Shown: piece by piece, positions 21,466 to 31,596 of the stretch
How the letters are laid out: every line of letters begins with the position of its first letter
Numbering within the stretch: position 1 is the stretch's first letter
Assembly: GCA_041937185.1 (NCBI GenBank)
Contig: CP166621.1
Coordinates: forward strand, 2,196,571-2,260,570
Direction of reading: 5' to 3'
Source of the DNA: Leptolyngbya sp. BL-A-14
GTDB taxonomy: Bacteria; Cyanobacteriota; Cyanobacteriia; Leptolyngbyales; Leptolyngbyaceae
Length of the DNA stretch: 64,000 nucleotides
Translations under genes and position numbers: made by a program
Notes under the pieces: generated by a model
Seen by the model: only the letters and a program-made list of their open reading frames with translations
The model's database searches: none
Told to the model about the DNA's origin: nothing

Positions 21466-22145
21466 ATTTGTTTGCTGAGGCAAAGAATTGGAAAAGCTAT
21501 GTCAGGAATCACTTAAAGAACTATATCAAAGGAGATGTTTTAGAAGTTGGAGCAGGGATAGGAAGTAATACTTGTTCGCTTTCTTCCTGTTCCTACAGAA
21601 AATGGTTGTGTTTAGAGCCAGATCCTAACCTTTTCCAGAGTTTGGAGACAGAGATCAGTTCTTGCAGTATTGTTAACTGCTACGCTCAAAAAGGAACCAT
21701 TGATACATTAACTAACGAACAGATATTTGATTCCATTCTATATCTGGATGTTTTGGAACATATTTATGAGGATAGAGAAGAAGTTGCAAAGGTGATTAAG
21801 CATCTTAAAGCCAACGGGAACTTAATTATTTTAGCTCCTGCGCATCAATGGTTATTTACACCGTTTGATTCGGCTATTGGTCATTACCGTCGTTACAGTA
21901 AACTAACACTTGAGGCAGTTTTACCAGACAGTGTTGAAGTAACAAGGCTCATTTATATAGATAGCGTTGGCTTGCTAGCCAGTTTGGCAAATAAGTTACT
22001 TCTTAGGCAAAGCCAACCAACTCTACGGCAAATCAAGGTATGGGACAAAGTAATGGTACCTGTATCCAGTAAAACTGATGCGATTTTGGGATACCAACTT
22101 GGCAAAACAGTTTTACTGGTTGGAAAGAAAAAGGTTAGTAAATGA
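21432..22145 (+). CDS. class I SAM-dependent methyltransferase
   Basis: SAM-binding motif I VLEVGAGIGSNT, acidic motif II (LYLDVLEH); 34-nt overlap with the upstream GT2 gene suggests co-translation. Confidence 0.75.
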   Translation: MEELTYSGKELNLFAEAKNWKSYVRNHLKNYIKGDVLEVGAGIGSNTCSLSSCSYRKWLCLEPDPNLFQSLETEISSCSIVNCYAQKGTIDTLTNEQIFDSILYLDVLEHIYEDREEVAKVIKHLKANGNLIILAPAHQWLFTPFDSAIGHYRRYSKLTLEAVLPDSVEVTRLIYIDSVGLLASLANKLLLRQSQPTLRQIKVWDKVMVPVSSKTDAILGYQLGKTVLLVGKKKVSK

Positions 22146-22489
22146 TCTTAAAACTTCACCTTAGTGGTATTTTCCCATCTCAACCAGATCGCTATCCTTA
22201 GAGATCTTCTCAGCCTGTGATTATAAAATCCAAGCCTTTGCTCTACGCTCAGTTGGTATCTACTTGAATTTTATTTGTGAATGTTTTTTGTCTTAGGCCT
22301 TTGGTCTAAAAACAACATTTTATTAGAAAAATCAATTAAACCGCTTAAAAATTTTAGTAAGTACATTGGTCATGTTCACAAAAAATTAAGATATACCCCC
22401 TATTATTTATACAGTTGAAAAAAAGATTGGTTTTGATTGAAATTAACTACGGAGTTTAGCCAACCCACTTTTGAAGGTAAAAAGAGCCC

Positions 22490-24316
22490 ATGAAGTTGAG
22501 AGAATTTTCATTCCGTCAAGAGGTATTATTTGCCTCCATTCATAAGCTTATTGCTATCTGTATAGCCACTATTCCCATATTTTTACTTATACCTTTACTG
22601 GTAAAGAATGCAATCAATATGCCTTACTTGGATGAATGGGATACTCCAGGTATTGCACTGTTAAAGTTTGCTAGTAATACTCTTTCTTTTGGTGACCTAA
22701 TTGCTCAAGCTAACGAAAGCCGACCTCTATTTCCACGTTTAATATTTCTTGGGATGGCATTTTTGACAGGTTGGGATACAAGATATGAATTTTTGGTTAT
22801 CTTTCTTGTAGCCTGCTTGATCAGTTATCAAATATATCGTCTTAGTCAAATTACCATTCGAGGTTCTGAGTACCAGCGGCTTTTTTTAATGCTGCTTGCT
22901 AATCTACTTATTTTTAGCCCAGTTCAATCTGACAACTGGCTTTGGGGAATTCAGCTCATTACTTTTATGCCAATCACCTGTATTACAGCAGGGCTGCTTG
23001 TTTCTTACTCTAACTTGGGAACCAAGCTAAAGACACTGATTTTGCTAGGTTTGTGTACCATTAGCACTTATTCTTATGCTAATGGAATGCTTGCCTGGCT
23101 ACTTTTATTTCCAAGTGCTATCTTCACTTCTAGATTTTTCCAAAATCGAGATCTAAAAGATCAGCGATGGCTAATGTTTGGAGGGGTGATAGGTTGCGTT
23201 TCGAATGTAGTTGTTTACTTCCACAACTACAAGCAGCCTCCAGTTGCAAGCTTTTCAGAATCTTTAATTCACCCGCTTGAGGCTTTAAAATTCTTCTTAA
23301 TCTTCTTAGGTAACCCCTTAAAGAATGGTCAAATAGAAGCTTCCCAACAACTAGGAACTTCTCTGACTGTTGGCTTAGTTCTCTTTACCTTATTTAGTTG
23401 TGTCTTACTTTACCTACTGTCGAATAGGAAGGACAAAGCATTACTTTACTATTCAACACCCTGGGTCGTAATTGGAGGCTACTCTTGTGCAAGTGGGCTA
23501 ATTACAACGGTAGGCAGGCTCGGGTTGGGCTTAGAAGCAGCGCTCTCTTCACGATACCCAACATTCTCACTATATCTTCTTGTTTCTTTGATTTATCTCT
23601 TAGCGATTGTTGCTGAAAATATAATTCAGAACTATTACCTTCATGAAATCAAGAAAGTACGTATCATTCGAGGCGTTCTTGTTTCTTTAACAGCTTCTTT
23701 GATTGTACTTCATACTTCTACTTACTTGTCGCACGCTAAAACTATGGCACTGGACCATCGTTATCGACTTCATGCTAAAGCTTGCCTGTTATTTATAAAT
23801 TTTGTTGATGAGAAGCCGACTTTCGAAGCGCGCATTTATCCCTATTATGAAATTGGCAAACCTAAAATCATTCAGTTGAACCAAAATCATTTTTTGAAGC
23901 CAGCGTTGGTCGAAAGTCCTAATCTCTCTATCATTGAAGGCAAAAGAAAACAGTATCCTTCAGAAGCCTATGGTTTTTTGGACTCAATTACTCAAACCAG
24001 TGAATCAGAACTTTTGCTTTCCGGTTGGGCAGTCTTTCCCGACCGGAAAAAGCCTGCCGATGCTGTGATTTTGGCATACGAAACACCAAACAGCGCGCCG
24101 AAAGCGTTTGCGATCGCTCCTGTCATTGAAAAATCAAAGGATATTGTCAGAGTGTTCAAAGATCAAGCTTATCAGAATGTTCGTTGGAGTAAGTCTTTGG
24201 CAGTTAACAAGCTACCTGAAGGGGATATTAAAGTGAGTGCTTGGGCATTTGATACTGAAGCAAAGCAAGCATTTCGATTGGCGGGTTCAAAGAGCTTGAG
24301 TAAGCCACTTAAGTAA
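22490..24316 (+). CDS. polytopic membrane protein, candidate GT-C-type glycosyltransferase
   Basis: 608 aa; about 11-13 TM helices over the first 400 aa; YLDEWD acidic motif in the first predicted loop; roughly 200-aa soluble C-terminal domain. Confidence 0.6.
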   Translation: MKLREFSFRQEVLFASIHKLIAICIATIPIFLLIPLLVKNAINMPYLDEWDTPGIALLKFASNTLSFGDLIAQANESRPLFPRLIFLGMAFLTGWDTRYEFLVIFLVACLISYQIYRLSQITIRGSEYQRLFLMLLANLLIFSPVQSDNWLWGIQLITFMPITCITAGLLVSYSNLGTKLKTLILLGLCTISTYSYANGMLAWLLLFPSAIFTSRFFQNRDLKDQRWLMFGGVIGCVSNVVVYFHNYKQPPVASFSESLIHPLEALKFFLIFLGNPLKNGQIEASQQLGTSLTVGLVLFTLFSCVLLYLLSNRKDKALLYYSTPWVVIGGYSCASGLITTVGRLGLGLEAALSSRYPTFSLYLLVSLIYLLAIVAENIIQNYYLHEIKKVRIIRGVLVSLTASLIVLHTSTYLSHAKTMALDHRYRLHAKACLLFINFVDEKPTFEARIYPYYEIGKPKIIQLNQNHFLKPALVESPNLSIIEGKRKQYPSEAYGFLDSITQTSESELLLSGWAVFPDRKKPADAVILAYETPNSAPKAFAIAPVIEKSKDIVRVFKDQAYQNVRWSKSLAVNKLPEGDIKVSAWAFDTEAKQAFRLAGSKSLSKPLK

Positions 24317-24433
24317 CTGTTTACCAAGAGCACAATGAGCTGGAATAGCGTTGAGTTGTCGTGCCTGACTACCAAAAGAGTAATGAACGATTGCTTTAGG
24401 GTATGAGCCAGCCTTGTTTAAGCTAACTTCACA

Positions 24434-24976
24434 CTAGAGTGCTTGCCATACTTGTGCAACCGCGATCGTAACGGTACCTGATTGTTCTGCAATACGGTAG
24501 TGACACTTGGGAATATGGAGGATGGGCGTAGGGTGTCGAGCGTAGGAGGTGGAAAGGTCTGTTGGAAAGCTGTCTCCGCGCCTCTGCGTCTCTGCGTTGG
24601 CCTGATCGGCTCTCCTTTCTACTTCCTCCCAACAGGCCAAAAGCGCTGCGGCCTCAGCCACACTGGGAGTGCCAACTGCGCGGTCGATCGTACTAGACGG
24701 ATGGGGAACCGCCACTGATCGCAGCACCTCGGCAGAATAAAAAAAGAGAGGCAGGCTGTGATCGACACAAAATTCGATCAGACCTGCCTCATTTCTTTTT
24801 ATGTCAAGCGTTGCTATACCAGCGATCGCGCTTTCGGGTAGCAAGTGAGCGCTAAATACAGACCGCATCGCTTCTTCGATCAAGCTTTTTGGCGTATTCT
24901 TTTTACAACCAAGCCCAACCCAAAAGACCCTGGAGAGCAATTGCTTGTCGCATTCAGCGCTAGAGTTTGATACCAC
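24434..24976 (-). CDS. cobalamin biosynthesis protein CobE / CbiG C-terminal domain protein
   Basis: 180 aa; resembles the CobE/CbiG_C family (FWVGLGCKKNTP ... ATLDIKRNE). Confidence 0.55.
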   Translation of the reverse strand: MVSNSSAECDKQLLSRVFWVGLGCKKNTPKSLIEEAMRSVFSAHLLPESAIAGIATLDIKRNEAGLIEFCVDHSLPLFFYSAEVLRSVAVPHPSSTIDRAVGTPSVAEAAALLACWEEVERRADQANAETQRRGDSFPTDLSTSYARHPTPILHIPKCHYRIAEQSGTVTIAVAQVWQAL

Positions 24977-24979
24977 GCC

Positions 24980-26569
24980 CTAGCTTTTACGATCAGCATC
25001 AACCACAGGGGTTAACGCAGCCGCTTTGGGCGTACCAGCATCCTGACTTGCCGTTAAGGACAACTGTTGCAGGATGGGCGTTTGAGCCACCGCACTGTTC
25101 GTCAGCGCAAAGAGTGGATTTGAGAGAATGCCCGCCAACGACGTGACGATCGCGGTCATCACCAGCCCGAATTGGAGCGATCGCATACCGGGCAGGCTCC
25201 AGCTAATCGTAGGATAGTTCTTCACAGAATCAGACATTTCCTGCGGTTCTTTCACCACCATCATCTTGACCACACGGATGTAGTAGTAGATAGAGATGAC
25301 GCTAGTCACCAAGCCTAGCAAGACCAACCCATAGGCTCCCGCCTGCCAGCCGGCCCAAAACAGGTAGATTTTGCCGAAGAAGCCAACCAGTGGTGGAATG
25401 CCGCCCAACGACAGCAAGCATAAGCTCAGGCAAAGGGTTAACAGCGGGTCTTTCTGGTATAGACCAGCATATTCGCTAATTTGATCCGTTCCCGTCCGTA
25501 GGGAGAACAGAATGACCCCGATAAACGCCCCCAGGTTCATGAACAGGTAGGAGATCAGATAGAAGAGCAGACTGGCATAGCCCGCGTCACTGTCGATGAC
25601 CAAACCGATCATGACGAAGCCCGCTTGCCCAATGGAAGAATACGCCAGCAGACGCTTCATGCTTGTTTGAGCCAGTGCCACCACATTTCCTAGCACCAAG
25701 CTGAGTACTGCCAAGGCCGTCATGACCAGATGCCACTCTTCGGTGAGCAAGGGGAAGGCGGTCACTAACAACCGAATCGCCAGCGCGAACCCTGCTGCTT
25801 TTGAGCCCACTGAAAGGAATGCCACCACCGGGGTCGGCGCACCTTCGTAGACGTCTGGAGTCCATTGATGAAAGGGCACTGCGGCAATCTTGAAGGCGAT
25901 CCCCGCGATCGCAAAAACCAGTGCAATCACCAAACCCAAGGACTGCGTTGAGCCAGTAGCCGCAATTTGCGTAGCGATTGCGCTCAGCGTTGTTTCACCA
26001 CCCGACAAACCGTATAGGAGTGACAGCCCGTACAGAAAAATGGCAGAACTGGATGCTCCAATCAGCAAATACTTTAGCGACGCTTCATTTGAGCGGGGAT
26101 CACGCTTTGTATAGCCTGTTAGCAAGTATGACGAGATACTCAACGTCTCTAGCGACACGAAGATCATAACCAGTTCGTCTGCGCCAGAGAGAAACATCCC
26201 GCCGATCGTAGCTGTGAGTAGAATCGCTAAAAACTCTGCCAGAGAGGTGCCTGAGCGATCGATGTAGCTGATCGACATCAGAATTGTGACCACGGCTGAC
26301 AGCGCCACGATCCCTCGCAGGAGAACACTCAGCGCATCGCCGTTGAAGCTGCCCAAAAAGGAAATCGGGTTTGAGACATCCCACTGGTAATACAGCGCAA
26401 CCACAGCAGCCAGTAGCCCTGCGATCGAGACGTAGGGTGTCCAGCGCGAGGAGGCAGTTCGTCCCACAATCAAGTCACCCACAATGACGATCATGAGGGT
26501 GGTAATGACAATGCCTTCTGGCAGAATCGTCCCAGCGTTAAGCTGAGCAGCAAGCGTGGCGAAATCCAT
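24980..26569 (-). CDS. ndhB: NAD(P)H-quinone oxidoreductase subunit 2
   Basis: 529-aa polytopic protein; N-terminus [22 protein letters not shown] is characteristic of cyanobacterial NdhB. Confidence 0.92.
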   Translation of the reverse strand: MDFATLAAQLNAGTILPEGIVITTLMIVIVGDLIVGRTASSRWTPYVSIAGLLAAVVALYYQWDVSNPISFLGSFNGDALSVLLRGIVALSAVVTILMSISYIDRSGTSLAEFLAILLTATIGGMFLSGADELVMIFVSLETLSISSYLLTGYTKRDPRSNEASLKYLLIGASSSAIFLYGLSLLYGLSGGETTLSAIATQIAATGSTQSLGLVIALVFAIAGIAFKIAAVPFHQWTPDVYEGAPTPVVAFLSVGSKAAGFALAIRLLVTAFPLLTEEWHLVMTALAVLSLVLGNVVALAQTSMKRLLAYSSIGQAGFVMIGLVIDSDAGYASLLFYLISYLFMNLGAFIGVILFSLRTGTDQISEYAGLYQKDPLLTLCLSLCLLSLGGIPPLVGFFGKIYLFWAGWQAGAYGLVLLGLVTSVISIYYYIRVVKMMVVKEPQEMSDSVKNYPTISWSLPGMRSLQFGLVMTAIVTSLAGILSNPLFALTNSAVAQTPILQQLSLTASQDAGTPKAAALTPVVDADRKS

Positions 26570-26975
26570 GAGGTGTAACTCTATGAATAAGGTACGTTAG
26601 GGGTACGTCAAGGGAAGACGCGATCGGCCTTCTGGCGTCAGTGCTTCTAATCACCAGGAGGCGAGAGAGTCAGAAATCCTCTACAGTGGATTCTACATCG
26701 CAATTTACTGTAACGCTGTATTCCGTAGCATTGGGTTTAAAGTCAGTTGTAATCGCGATCGCTCAATGCAAGACGCTTTCTCTGGGTGGTAAATACCTTA
26801 AACGTCCTTCCAGACAGCGAATACAGCCGATCACTGGTTGACAATCTCCCGGTTTCACACTAGGAATGACATCTCAGGAATCTCTCACTCAACCCTGGTA
26901 GTCACTGCAATATTGGTTATAAGAGAGATTAGAGAATCCGATTGCCGCGATATCCTTTTCAACGTTAACGATCCC

Positions 26976-29705
26976 ATGTCAAAGCTTGTCATCGTCGAGT
27001 CACCCACCAAAGCGCGCACCATTCGCAATTACCTTCCTGAAGGGTATCGGGTAGAGGCGTCAATGGGTCATGTACGTGATTTACCCCAATCCGCCAGTGA
27101 AATTCCGGCAGGCGTGAAGGGAGAAAAGTGGGCACCGCTTGGCGTTAACGTGGAGGCAAACTTCGAGCCCCTGTATGTCGTACCGCAAGACAAGAAAAAG
27201 ATTGTTAAAGAACTGAAAGAAGCGCTAAAGGCAGCAGACGAACTCATTCTGGCGACTGACGAAGACCGGGAAGGAGAAAGCATTAGCTGGCACCTGCTGC
27301 AATTGCTCAAGCCCAATGTGCCGATCAAGCGCATGGTCTTCCACGAAATTACCGAAGATGCGATTCGTGAAGCCATCCGTAACTGCCGCGATGTCGATGA
27401 ACGGCTGGTACGCGCGCAGGAAACCCGCCGGATTCTCGATCGCTTGGTGGGCTACACCCTCTCGCCCCTGCTGTGGAAAAAAATTGCGTTTGGGCTTTCG
27501 GCTGGGCGGGTGCAGTCTGTATCCGTTCGCCTGCTGGTTAGACGGGAACGCCAGAGACGAGCCTTCCGTCAGGGCAGCTATTGGGATTTGAAGGCAACGT
27601 TGGAAGCTGGAGAGCAGGAGAAGCAGTCGTTTGAAGCGCGACTCGTGACGCTGGCAGGCGTTCGGGTTGCCAACGGCAGTGACTTTGATGAAGCAACGGG
27701 ACAGGTGATTGCCGGACGGAATGTGATGCTGCTGAATGAGGCAGAAGCACGGACGTTACAGGACCGGATTCGCGATCGCCCCTGGACCGTCACCAACCTG
27801 GAAGAGCGTCCCGTTACTCGCAAACCTTCGCCACCGTTTACAACCTCCACCCTGCAACAGGAGGCAAACCGTAAGCTAGGGCTTTCTGCCCGCGACACAA
27901 TGCGGACGGCCCAGAGCCTCTACGAGCAGGGTTACATTACCTACATGCGAACGGACTCCGTCAGCCTCTCGCAACAGGCAATTACCGCTGCTCGCGATTG
28001 TGTGCAATCCATGTACGGTGCCGAGTACCTCAGCCCAGAGCCCCGTCGCTACTCCACCAAAAGTAAAGGTGCGCAAGAGGCCCACGAAGCCATTCGTCCG
28101 TCTGGCAGCAGTTTCCGTACTCCACAGCAAACTGGGCTCAAAGACCGAGAATTTCGTCTTTACGACTTGATCTGGAAGCGTACAGTCGCCACCCAAATGG
28201 CTGAAGCTCGGCAAACCCACGTGACGGTACAAATCCAGGTTGAGGATGCGGGGTTTCGTGCCAGTGGTAAGCGCATTGACTTTCCAGGGTTCTTCCGCGC
28301 CTATGTCGAAGGGTCGGACGATCCGAATGCCGCGATCGAAGATCAGGAGATCATCCTTCCCCCCTTGCAAGTCGGCACTACACCTACCTGCACTGATCTG
28401 GACGCTATCGGCCACGAAACCCAGCCACCCGCCCGTTTTACCGAAGCTTCTCTAGTTAAAACGCTGGAAAGCGAAGGCATTGGTCGCCCCAGTACCTACG
28501 CCAGCATTATTGGCACCATCATCGATCGGGGCTACGCCAATATGGTCGGCAATGCCCTGGTACCGACCTTTACCGCCTTTGCGGTCACCGCCTTACTCGA
28601 AAAATACTTCCCCGATCTGGTCGATACAGGATTTACGGCCCGCATGGAACATGCGCTAGACGAGATCTCCACGGGCGCGGTTGATTGGCTCCCCTACCTG
28701 AAAGAGTTCTATCTGGGCGAAACCGGACTTGAAACCCAGGTGAAAGACCGCGAGAGCGAAATCGACCCGACAGAGGCACGGACGGTCGATTTAGAAAATT
28801 TGGCCGCGAAAGTGCGTATTGGTCGCTTTGGAGCCTACATCGAAGCTGAAAATGGCGATGGGAGTGTCAAAGCCTCCATTCCCAAAGATTTGACCCCGGC
28901 GGATCTCGATCCCGCTCAGGTGGAAGTACTGCTACGCCAAAAAACCGAAGGTCCCGATAAGGTCGGTCTACACCCCGAAACCGGCGAACCGATTTATCTC
29001 AAAATCGGTGCGTACGGTCCCTACGTGCAGCTTGGCGACGAGACAGAAGCCAACCCTAAGCCCAAACGTGCCTCTTTGCCCAAAGGCGTCACACCTGACA
29101 CGCTAACGCTCGAACAAGCGGTTGGCTTACTCAAGTTACCCCGGCTGCTAGGGACGCATCCTGAGTCAGGCGGCAAAATTCAGGCAAGCCTGGGTCGTTT
29201 TGGTCCCTACGTCGTGTTGGATCAGGGCAAAGGCGTGAAGGAATATCGCTCCATCAAAGCAGGCGATGATGTGTTGACGATTACCCTCGATCGCGCCCTC
29301 GAAATGCTGGCAGAACCCAAAGCGAGTCGCGGCAAACGGGGTGCCGCCAAACCCCTCCGCGAACTGGGTGCCCATCCTGAAGACGGCGAACCTGTCAATA
29401 TTTACGATGGGCCTTACGGTCCTTACATCAAGCACGGCAAGGTGAATGCCTCGCTGCCCGAAGGCGAAACCGTGGAAGCGATCGCTATGACTACCGCAGT
29501 GGAAGCCCTCAACGCCAAGGCGGGCACAAAGAAAGGAGGACGATCGCGCAAAGCCAGCACCGACGCCACTGAAACCACCAAAGCCACCAAAGCCAGCGGC
29601 ACCGCCAAAAAGACCGCCGCCAAAACAACGGCTGGCACCAAAAAGACCACCGCGAAGAAAACGACGACTAAAAAATCCACCACCAAAAAAGCTTCAACGA
29701 CCTGA
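26976..29705 (+). CDS. topA: DNA topoisomerase I
   Basis: Toprim N-terminus ([14 protein letters not shown]), active-site region, multiple zinc-ribbon-like repeats; lysine/threonine-rich C-terminal tail; start moved to internal ATG 26976. Confidence 0.93.
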   Translation: MSKLVIVESPTKARTIRNYLPEGYRVEASMGHVRDLPQSASEIPAGVKGEKWAPLGVNVEANFEPLYVVPQDKKKIVKELKEALKAADELILATDEDREGESISWHLLQLLKPNVPIKRMVFHEITEDAIREAIRNCRDVDERLVRAQETRRILDRLVGYTLSPLLWKKIAFGLSAGRVQSVSVRLLVRRERQRRAFRQGSYWDLKATLEAGEQEKQSFEARLVTLAGVRVANGSDFDEATGQVIAGRNVMLLNEAEARTLQDRIRDRPWTVTNLEERPVTRKPSPPFTTSTLQQEANRKLGLSARDTMRTAQSLYEQGYITYMRTDSVSLSQQAITAARDCVQSMYGAEYLSPEPRRYSTKSKGAQEAHEAIRPSGSSFRTPQQTGLKDREFRLYDLIWKRTVATQMAEARQTHVTVQIQVEDAGFRASGKRIDFPGFFRAYVEGSDDPNAAIEDQEIILPPLQVGTTPTCTDLDAIGHETQPPARFTEASLVKTLESEGIGRPSTYASIIGTIIDRGYANMVGNALVPTFTAFAVTALLEKYFPDLVDTGFTARMEHALDEISTGAVDWLPYLKEFYLGETGLETQVKDRESEIDPTEARTVDLENLAAKVRIGRFGAYIEAENGDGSVKASIPKDLTPADLDPAQVEVLLRQKTEGPDKVGLHPETGEPIYLKIGAYGPYVQLGDETEANPKPKRASLPKGVTPDTLTLEQAVGLLKLPRLLGTHPESGGKIQASLGRFGPYVVLDQGKGVKEYRSIKAGDDVLTITLDRALEMLAEPKASRGKRGAAKPLRELGAHPEDGEPVNIYDGPYGPYIKHGKVNASLPEGETVEAIAMTTAVEALNAKAGTKKGGRSRKASTDATETTKATKASGTAKKTAAKTTAGTKKTTAKKTTTKKSTTKKASTT

Positions 29706-29789
29706 ACGAATTCGCTCTTTGTTTAACTTGATTGAGCAGGCCGTAACACATTGGTCGATTTTACGATCGCCATTTTTATCCGATCGCCC

Positions 29790-31394
29790 TTAGCATCCAG
29801 CCTCAATCTGCCTCACAGCCGTTAGCGCTGAGTAACTTACCCCTGCCGTTCCCTCACCGGGATGGGTTGAGTCTCCTACCAGCCAAAGGTTACGAATGGG
29901 TGTCCGGTTCGCAAAGCCAAAGGGACCAAACGTAGGTACCCGTTGACCAATGCCACCAACGATGCCCCGATCACGCCCCGTAAAGTGTGCAAACGTGCGA
30001 GGAGTCGCCGCTTCCACCAACAAAATCGTCTCGTCATTCAGGGTGAAGAATTGAGATAACCGGGCGATCGCTTCATCGGTATACCGCTGTTTGAGCAAGG
30101 CAAAAGAGTTAAGAGTTAAGAGTTTTGAGTTTTGAGTTTCAAGTTTAATCTTTTGCCTTCTGCCTTCTGCCTTCTGCCTTCTGCCTTCTACTTCCCCCTT
30201 TTCCCACCAAAGCCCCACATCCGTAAACGACGACGCAATAATCGTCGCCTTCCCCTCCGGTGCCCGACCATCACCCGGACGACTGACCGACACGAAGAGC
30301 GAGTTGTTTTCGCCGATCGGGCCCTCGTAGTCGTATAAAAATTGCAGATGAGGCGGACAGTCTTCAGGAAGCGCACGTTCATCTACGCCCAGATACACCA
30401 CAAACGCACCAGAACTCGGCGGCAGTTTCTCCACCCGTCGTTGGTAGCCGTTGGGAGCCTGGTCGCCCAGCAGTTGCATCAAATTCTGCACCGTTACATT
30501 TGCCACCACGTGGTCAACGGGTTCCGTCCAGCTTTCACCTGTTTTCTGGTTGCGGATCGTTACTCCCGTTGTTCGCCCTTTCTCAGTGTGAATCGCTTTC
30601 ACCGTGTGGCGCATGAGGAGCTTGCCACCATCTCGTTCTAAGGCAGCAACGAGGCGATCGCTCAACGCCTGCATGCTCCCGTGAAGGTGAAACAATCCCT
30701 GTGGCTCCTGAGAAACCCCTAAAGCTGTGGCTGCGTAGAGCAACGCCGTTTCTTCGGCGTCGACCTGAGAATAAAGCTTGAGTTGCAGATCAAGGAAGGT
30801 TCGTAGCCGTTGGTTGTCTGCCAAACCGTAGCCGCGAAGGGCATCTCCCACTGTCGAAAACGTATGCGGCAGCGTCAAAAGCGTATCGGGACGGACAGCC
30901 TTGGTTAATTGCCACAAATCCCACCCGTTGCGTGGCGGTAAGACTGGATCACGAGACTGAAACGCCCAGCTATGGCGAAACAGATCGGACAACAGTTGCC
31001 AGAAGGGTTCGCTGCCTGGAAATTGCCGTTGACGCTCAGCCTGCCATCGCTGCGGGTCGCGCCACACGTTAATGGGTGTGGTTTCTCCAGGCAAATAAAC
31101 GGCACAAGCAGGGTCGCAGTGCGTTGCAGCAGGCAGTTCAATCTCTAGCTCCGAGAAAATGCGGTGATGAATGCCGCCGGGTTCTAACCCTGCAACCTGA
31201 GTCGCACCCACATCAAAGGTAAACCCCTGCCGTTTAAAGGTCGAAGCACAACCACCCGGCACTAGCGCTTGATCCAGCATCAGCACTGAGTAGCCCCGAT
31301 GGGCCAGCAAAGCGCCTGCGGTCAGCCCGCCAATGCCTGCACCAATCACAACCACACGGGGAGAATGAGCACGATCGCCCTGTTTACCTGGCAT
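29790..31394 (-). CDS. phytoene desaturase (CrtI) family FAD-dependent oxidoreductase
   Basis: VVVIGAGIGGLTAGALLAHRGYSVLMLD dinucleotide-binding motif, GGCASTFKRQGFTFDVGA; contains an in-frame STRR-like insertion. Confidence 0.75.
   Translation of the reverse strand: MPGKQGDRAHSPRVVVIGAGIGGLTAGALLAHRGYSVLMLDQALVPGGCASTFKRQGFTFDVGATQVAGLEPGGIHHRIFSELEIELPAATHCDPACAVYLPGETTPINVWRDPQRWQAERQRQFPGSEPFWQLLSDLFRHSWAFQSRDPVLPPRNGWDLWQLTKAVRPDTLLTLPHTFSTVGDALRGYGLADNQRLRTFLDLQLKLYSQVDAEETALLYAATALGVSQEPQGLFHLHGSMQALSDRLVAALERDGGKLLMRHTVKAIHTEKGRTTGVTIRNQKTGESWTEPVDHVVANVTVQNLMQLLGDQAPNGYQRRVEKLPPSSGAFVVYLGVDERALPEDCPPHLQFLYDYEGPIGENNSLFVSVSRPGDGRAPEGKATIIASSFTDVGLWWEKGEVEGRRQKAEGRRQKIKLETQNSKLLTLNSFALLKQRYTDEAIARLSQFFTLNDETILLVEAATPRTFAHFTGRDRGIVGGIGQRVPTFGPFGFANRTPIRNLWLVGDSTHPGEGTAGVSYSALTAVRQIEAGC
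30098..30195. repeat. STRR-like heptamer array inside CDS (in-frame)
   Basis: AAGAGTT, GAGTTTT and CCTTCTG x5 runs; translated as [28 protein letters not shown] within the oxidoreductase. Confidence 0.8.
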
Positions 31395-31596
31395 AGTGAC
31401 ACGTTACAGTTCTTAACACTTCTATCTTAAAGCCTTACGCTCTGTTACTGCGAAGACAATGGACAGCAGTCACCAAGCCCATAGAACTCCATCGCGGCAG
31501 GAAGCTGGAGCGAAAAACGCTTCGTGAAACCATGCAAACTTAGGGTGTTAATCGCCACAGTCTTACCCGGCAACTCTCCGGTTCAGATTAAGATAG

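Noticed and set aside
26838-26975. N-terminal 46-aa extension of the topA ORF
   Set aside because: The Toprim domain begins at the internal Met ([16 protein letters not shown]). The upstream residues have no homology pattern, so the start was moved to 26976.
27876-28415. 179-aa antisense ORF inside topA, plus several similar 60-105-aa antisense ORFs
   Set aside because: Antisense to a well-supported gene, and the protein sequences are low-complexity.
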